Shown here one piece after another: positions 58,893 to 64,000 of a stretch of DNA of 64,000 bases. Within the stretch, counting starts at the first letter, position 1. Every line of letters begins with the position of its first letter. This stretch comes from Nitrospirota bacterium (GTDB taxonomy: Bacteria > Nitrospirota > Thermodesulfovibrionia > Thermodesulfovibrionales > Dissulfurispiraceae), in contig CAVPZX010000005.1 in the NCBI GenBank assembly GCA_963710375.1, positions 32,001 through 96,000 on the forward strand, in the 5' to 3' direction. The position numbers were made by a program, and so were the translations under genes. The notes beneath the pieces are model-generated. The model was not told the origin of the DNA and did no database searches. It saw nothing but the letters and a program-made list of their open reading frames with translations.

Positions 58893-60719
58893 TTATCCGG
58901 GGTTTTCATCGAGGTATCGCCTTATTTCATTGACAAAATCCTCGCCATAACGCTCGAGCTTTGTATCGCCTACCCCGCTTATTTTTCGCATATCCGATGC
59001 TGTTGAAGGGTAGCTTCTGCACATCTCCTGCAGTGTCTTGTCCGAAAATATGATATAGGGCGGAACCCGCTGCATGTCTGCCAGCCTCTTCCTGACAATG
59101 CGAAGCCTTGCGAATAGTGTTTCATTATATTCGCCGGGATCCCCTCTCTTTTCCTTTAGGGTCTTTGCTTTTACCTCTTGCTTTCTTAAAGCCCTGATCT
59201 TTTCTCTGCCGAACAGGATATCGGACCCCTTTTCCGTAATCTTGAGCACAGGGTAGGGATCGCCTTCCTGCATTACCGCCTCCTGGGCAATGAGTTCATC
59301 AACAACAGACCGCCAGTATCTTTTGTCCCTGCCTTTGCCTGCGCCGTATGTCTTGATATCGTTATGCTTGAGGTCCCGGATGCGCTTCGTGTCCGCGCCT
59401 GTCACTATATCGATAATATGGCCTGTGCCGAACCTCTGCCCTGTCCTTGACATGGCCGACATTACTATCTGGGCCTCCACCGTGACATCTATCTCTTCAA
59501 CAGAACCCAAACAGATATCGCAGCCGCCGCAATTGTCTTGAGGATAGTCCTCACCAAAAAAACCGAGGAGCTGTTTTCTTCTGCATACGTTGTGAGACGC
59601 ATATCCCACCATCTTGTTGAGCTTATCGATAGCAATAAATCGTTCTCCGTCATCCGGTATGCTATTGATAAAATAACGGATTTTGGGGATGTCGCCTCTT
59701 CCGAAAAAGAGAAGGCAGCGGGCCTCGCCTCCGTCCCGTCCTGCCCTGCCGGTCTCCTGGTAATAGCCTTCGATATTTTTGGCAAGGTCGGCATGGATGA
59801 CAAAGCGGACATTCGATTTATCGATGCCCATGCCGAAGGCTATGGTTGCAACTATCACCTGAACCTCATCCCTGTTAAACGCCTCCTGGTTCTTCTCTCG
59901 CTCTTCAGCGGAAAGCCCTGCATGGTAAGGAAGAGCAGCGGTCCCCTTTGATCTCAGGAAATCTGCCATTTCAGTTACTGAATCACGTGTTGTCCTGTAG
60001 ATTATGCCTGACTCGCCAGGGTGTTCCTTCAGGAACTCGAGTATCTGTACCTCCACCTTTGACTTCGCCTTGACCTCATAAAAGAGGTTTGGACGGTTAA
60101 AAGATGCCCGCACGATATGCGGTCTTCTCAGGCCGATCTTATTGATTATATCTTCCTGCACCTTTTGGGTAGCAGTAGCTGTAAAGGCAGCAACCGGCAC
60201 ATCAGGGAACATCTCAGGTATGAGGGAAAGGCCCATGTAGTCCGGACGGAAATCATGGCCCCATTCGGATATGCAATGCGCTTCGTCGATAGCAAAGAAG
60301 GATATTGCATAGGTTTTAAGTCTTTCAAGGAAATGACGCATGGCAAACCTCTCAGGCGCTATATAGAGAAGCTTAAGCTTGTTGTATTGCAACAGTCGGT
60401 AAACACCGGAAACCTCTTCGGCGCTTATAGAACTATTGATGAAGGCAGCTGAAATCCCGTTCTCAACAGCCGCATCCACCTGGTCCTTCATCAATGATAT
60501 GAGAGGGCTGATGACAACCGCGGTCCCGTGCATTACCGTTGCAGGCAACTGGTAGCACAAAGATTTCCCACCGCCTGTCGGCATTACGGCAAAAACATCC
60601 CTGCCGTCAAGGATGTTTCTTATAATGGATTCCTGGTTCGGACGGAATGACTGAAAGCCGAAAATGGTCTTCAGTGTATCTGATATCGAAGATTCGCGGT
60701 ATCTATTGCCATCAAGCAT
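58893..60719 (-). CDS. recQ: DNA helicase RecQ
   Basis: 'MPTGGGKSLCYQ', 'DEAHCISEWGHDFRP', 'YYQETGRAGRDG', RQC and HRDC domains. Confidence 0.95.
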   Translation of the reverse strand: MLDGNRYRESSISDTLKTIFGFQSFRPNQESIIRNILDGRDVFAVMPTGGGKSLCYQLPATVMHGTAVVISPLISLMKDQVDAAVENGISAAFINSSISAEEVSGVYRLLQYNKLKLLYIAPERFAMRHFLERLKTYAISFFAIDEAHCISEWGHDFRPDYMGLSLIPEMFPDVPVAAFTATATQKVQEDIINKIGLRRPHIVRASFNRPNLFYEVKAKSKVEVQILEFLKEHPGESGIIYRTTRDSVTEMADFLRSKGTAALPYHAGLSAEEREKNQEAFNRDEVQVIVATIAFGMGIDKSNVRFVIHADLAKNIEGYYQETGRAGRDGGEARCLLFFGRGDIPKIRYFINSIPDDGERFIAIDKLNKMVGYASHNVCRRKQLLGFFGEDYPQDNCGGCDICLGSVEEIDVTVEAQIVMSAMSRTGQRFGTGHIIDIVTGADTKRIRDLKHNDIKTYGAGKGRDKRYWRSVVDELIAQEAVMQEGDPYPVLKITEKGSDILFGREKIRALRKQEVKAKTLKEKRGDPGEYNETLFARLRIVRKRLADMQRVPPYIIFSDKTLQEMCRSYPSTASDMRKISGVGDTKLERYGEDFVNEIRRYLDENPG

Positions 60720-60866
60720 ACGACTTTATTCTAACATGGTGAGTTTAAACATGCCTGTTTCCCGTCCCTGTTCGAGTCACAAAGTGTAGTAAACATTATT
60801 TTCCTTGGCACTTTCTGTAAACGCAAATACTGACCAGCAATCTCTGTCTTTAAAGACATCAAGTGG

Positions 60867-62267
60867 ATGCTGAAATATCCTAAATGGTATTATTACGCAT
60901 CGGAGGATTTTTATCGCTTTAAGTGCCGACTGAATGAACTAAATATGAGGAAAATACATTTTTATATTTTGGCCTTAATCCCACCCTTCTTTATCTTATA
61001 CCTTGTTAATCGCTACACTATTAATGTCCCTGTTTGGGACCAATGGGAATTTGTACCGCTGCTCAAGAAAGCACTTGTACATGAACTGACTCTTTCAGAT
61101 ATATGGGCTCAGGACTCTGAACATCGCATTTTTTTCCCTCGGTTGATAATGCTGCCAACTGCGCTCCTTACTAATTGGAATATACTGTATGAAATCTCAA
61201 TTAATATAGCCCTTGCAGGTGCAACATTCTTTTATATTGTATCACTGCTTCGCCGGAGTTTTGACGGAACTATCTACAAATGGCTATTGCTGTTGTCATC
61301 GCTTCTCATCTTTTCAACGGTGCAGTGGGAGAACTGGATGTGGGGCTGGCAGATAGCGATTTTTTTAAGCGTGCTGGGATGTGTAGTTGCGGTCTGGGCT
61401 GTAAGCAGATGGCCGGAGCAATGGCGAGGTGTAATAATAGCTATGGCATTTTCAATTATATCGAGTTTCTCTTTTAATAGTGGATTGCTTACATGGATTG
61501 TCGTAGCCGTTATGCTGATGATGCAGAAAGAGGGGAAGGTTAAACATTTAATATCATGGATAGCTGCTTCTATAATTGCCGTATTTCTGTATTATTATGG
61601 CTATGATAAGTCAGCTATTCAATCGCCCCTTCTGCTTCCTGTCGAACATCCTTATGAATATATGCGGTTTGTCCTGCTCTATCTTGGCTCGCCGCTCGGT
61701 TGGGGCAGAGAGAACATTTCAATTTTCATAGGGCTTGTATTATTGGTTACGACATGTGTCGGAACAATCCATATCAGAAAACGCTATAAAGAGGAATACG
61801 ACAGGCTATTGCCATGGCTTGCCCTTGGCTTGTATGCTTTCCTCTGCGCAATAGTAACAGGGATTGGAAGGTTGGGTTTTGGTGCACACCAGGCATTGGC
61901 AAGCAGATATACCACTTTTTCCACTTTGTTTGTCCTATGTTCGATTGTTGTTACAGCGTCATGGATTAAATGCTCATTAAAAAATTACCAGTGCCTTCCA
62001 AACAAGACAATAGCTTTTATCTCATCACTGTCTATTTTATTTGTTCTTGCCTATGCAGTGAGTTTTTCCCATGGTATAAGGGAATTTAAAAATAGAAACA
62101 AAAGCCTTCAGGCAAACGTACAATGCTTGCTCAGTATCCAGACGGCTTCTGATGAGTGTCTCAAAAAAGTTTACCCGATCGCAATTGTTGCCAGGGATAG
62201 GGCAAAAATGCTCCAGGAAATGCATATGTCCTTGTATGCAAATCAAAATACTTCTTTCTACCGCTGA
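60867..62267 (+). CDS. polytopic membrane protein, putative GT-C glycosyltransferase
   Basis: 'NVPVWDQW', 'EHRIFFPRL', 'ASRY'; many TM helices. Confidence 0.65.
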   Translation: MLKYPKWYYYASEDFYRFKCRLNELNMRKIHFYILALIPPFFILYLVNRYTINVPVWDQWEFVPLLKKALVHELTLSDIWAQDSEHRIFFPRLIMLPTALLTNWNILYEISINIALAGATFFYIVSLLRRSFDGTIYKWLLLLSSLLIFSTVQWENWMWGWQIAIFLSVLGCVVAVWAVSRWPEQWRGVIIAMAFSIISSFSFNSGLLTWIVVAVMLMMQKEGKVKHLISWIAASIIAVFLYYYGYDKSAIQSPLLLPVEHPYEYMRFVLLYLGSPLGWGRENISIFIGLVLLVTTCVGTIHIRKRYKEEYDRLLPWLALGLYAFLCAIVTGIGRLGFGAHQALASRYTTFSTLFVLCSIVVTASWIKCSLKNYQCLPNKTIAFISSLSILFVLAYAVSFSHGIREFKNRNKSLQANVQCLLSIQTASDECLKKVYPIAIVARDRAKMLQEMHMSLYANQNTSFYR

Positions 62268-62434
62268 TGTTTTGGAAGCTAAAGAGGATGGAAGTGAATA
62301 AGGTTTTTTATAGACGTAGTGTTTTTTTCCCTGTACCCTAAATGCACGTCTTTATAGTAAAATAGCTGACTTTCGATTGGAAATATGCAAGACCTAATAT
62401 TCTTAACCGGTCCAAATATGGATGGAACATAATT

Positions 62435-64000
62435 ATGGAAAGAACTGTTGTCTCGAATCCCTTTGCAGGCACTTTGTCAAAGCCTCTTACAGGGATCCAT
62501 GTAGCCGGGCTTGCCCTGCTCCTCACCCTAGTCATTCTCTTTGGAGCATTGGTCGAGTTTCGCGGAGCGTTTGCCCATAAACGCATGACCGATATCGGCA
62601 CCTACCTGAGGGCGGCATGGGCGGTCCGTGCAGGTGGCGATATATACGCTATCACAGATGACCACGGGCGGCATTATGTTTATCCGCCTTTATTCGCCAT
62701 TCTGATGACCCCATTGGCCGACCCTCCTCAGGGTATTGACAGAAACGGATATCTACCTTATGAAGTGAGCGTGGGGTTGTGGTACGTTCTGACGCTTATC
62801 ATCGGAGTCGTCGGCGTCGGCACACTCTCAAAGGTCATAGAATATCCCCCGAGAAATCTTCTAGCGGGCATGGGCACACGTTTTTCGCGGCAATGGTGGG
62901 CCTTGCGAGTCATTCCCCTTGTCGTTCTTCTTCCTGCGATAGGGCGGTCTCAGATGCGCGGGCAGGTGGGGCTGCTTGTTGCATTTCTACTATGCTATAT
63001 GGTCGCCTCGATCCTCAAGGGCGAGAGGTTCCGCGCGGGCCTCTGGCTTTCCGGCGCAATCTGTATTAAATTTATCCCGGTCCTTCTGCTCGTTTTCCCT
63101 TTATGGCGGAGGGATTGGCGCATGCTGTCAGGAAGTTTGCTGGGACTCGTCATGGGACTTATCATTGTACCTGCCGTCACCTTAGGCCCCCAGAGAGCAG
63201 TCGACTCTTACGGTTCATTTTACCATGGGATTCTTGTTACCGGGGTCAAAGGTGATATAGGCGGGCAAGTCGGTGGAGAGTTGACCTGCATTACAAGTAC
63301 CGACAGCAACTCTCCTATGGTCGTGCTTCACAATATTATATATCCGGAGAGAAAGCATCGCCCGAAGGTGGCTCATGCAGGCGAACGTATGGCCCATTGG
63401 GTAACTGCGTTCGTCATGATGGCAATAACCTTGATTGCTTCGGGATGGAAAGGCAGGTGGTATACTGGAAAGGTCGATGCGACGGTCAAAGATGCGGCAT
63501 TCATGGCGGCGTTCATACCGCTGATGCTCGTGACAAGCCCGGTGTTTCATCCTCATTATGTGTCAATGACAATACCCCTGGTGATTCTACTTGTCGTCAT
63601 TATATGGGAACATTACCCATACGGGAATATACCTGCCGCATGGAAGGCCGTTTTTTGTTTTATAGCCATAAGCCATCTCCTAACATCGATTGACAGGGGA
63701 ATATTCGTTTATCTCCGCGATTTCGGGCTCGTCCTATTAAGTACGATCACGCTTTGGGCGGCAAGCCTTGCAGCCCTGAGACAGACATCTGCGCGGCCGT
63801 CAATCGCGGCCATCCCTGAGACCCGGCCCTTTCACGTCGAAATCAATAAAGTGGCAGTTATTCTCCCTGCCTTTAATGAAAAGATGAGGATCAGGCAGAC
63901 TGTTGAATCCGCTATCGAGTTCTCAAATAGAAATCCCAAATACCATTTTGTGTTCGTAGATGACGGTTCCCGTGACGGGACTGCCGAAATATTACAGGAG
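62435..64000 (+). CDS. GT87/DUF2029-like membrane glycosyltransferase fused to a GT2 domain (runs off the window)
   Basis: 'D..TYLRAAW', 'YVYPPLFA', 'IKFIP'; in-frame 'VILPAFNE...FVDDGSRDGT' from 63851. Confidence 0.7.
   Translation, partial: MERTVVSNPFAGTLSKPLTGIHVAGLALLLTLVILFGALVEFRGAFAHKRMTDIGTYLRAAWAVRAGGDIYAITDDHGRHYVYPPLFAILMTPLADPPQGIDRNGYLPYEVSVGLWYVLTLIIGVVGVGTLSKVIEYPPRNLLAGMGTRFSRQWWALRVIPLVVLLPAIGRSQMRGQVGLLVAFLLCYMVASILKGERFRAGLWLSGAICIKFIPVLLLVFPLWRRDWRMLSGSLLGLVMGLIIVPAVTLGPQRAVDSYGSFYHGILVTGVKGDIGGQVGGELTCITSTDSNSPMVVLHNIIYPERKHRPKVAHAGERMAHWVTAFVMMAITLIASGWKGRWYTGKVDATVKDAAFMAAFIPLMLVTSPVFHPHYVSMTIPLVILLVVIIWEHYPYGNIPAAWKAVFCFIAISHLLTSIDRGIFVYLRDFGLVLLSTITLWAASLAALRQTSARPSIAAIPETRPFHVEINKVAVILPAFNEKMRIRQTVESAIEFSNRNPKYHFVFVDDGSRDGTAEILQE

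Overview
Bacterial chromosomal window; the gene set and protein styles suggest a Nitrospirota/deltaproteobacteria-like anaerobe (inference only). Left part (1-21.3 kb): CusCBA-type heavy-metal efflux operon with two tandem YtkA/FixH-like paralogs, an MNT-HEPN toxin-antitoxin pair, queF, trpF, trpBA-accD-folC-lptD-truB-purB and an Smr protein. Centre (21357-42834): a ~21.5 kb element integrated in tRNA-Leu(GAG), bounded by a perfect 25-bp direct repeat and matching arm-type repeats. It carries a tyrosine integrase, an RHH-MobC-relaxase operon with a candidate oriT, two tandem RepL-like genes, a ParB-like protein, a GGDEF diguanylate cyclase next to oriT, two DNA methyltransferases and many hypothetical genes. 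It has no recognisable T4SS or phage structural genes, so it is best read as an integrative mobilizable element (IME). Right part (42.8-64 kb): decayed RelBE-like pair, orphan histidine kinase, MFS transporter, liv ABC operon, cydAB, PTS-IIA-like gene, doubly frameshifted mgtA with candidate leader peptides, DsbC-like protein, YajD HNH, recQ and glycosylation genes. Three MITE-like intergenic elements are present. The most interesting region is the IME replication/transfer module (about 32.3-41.3 kb). All calls come from reading motifs by eye; no database searches were run.
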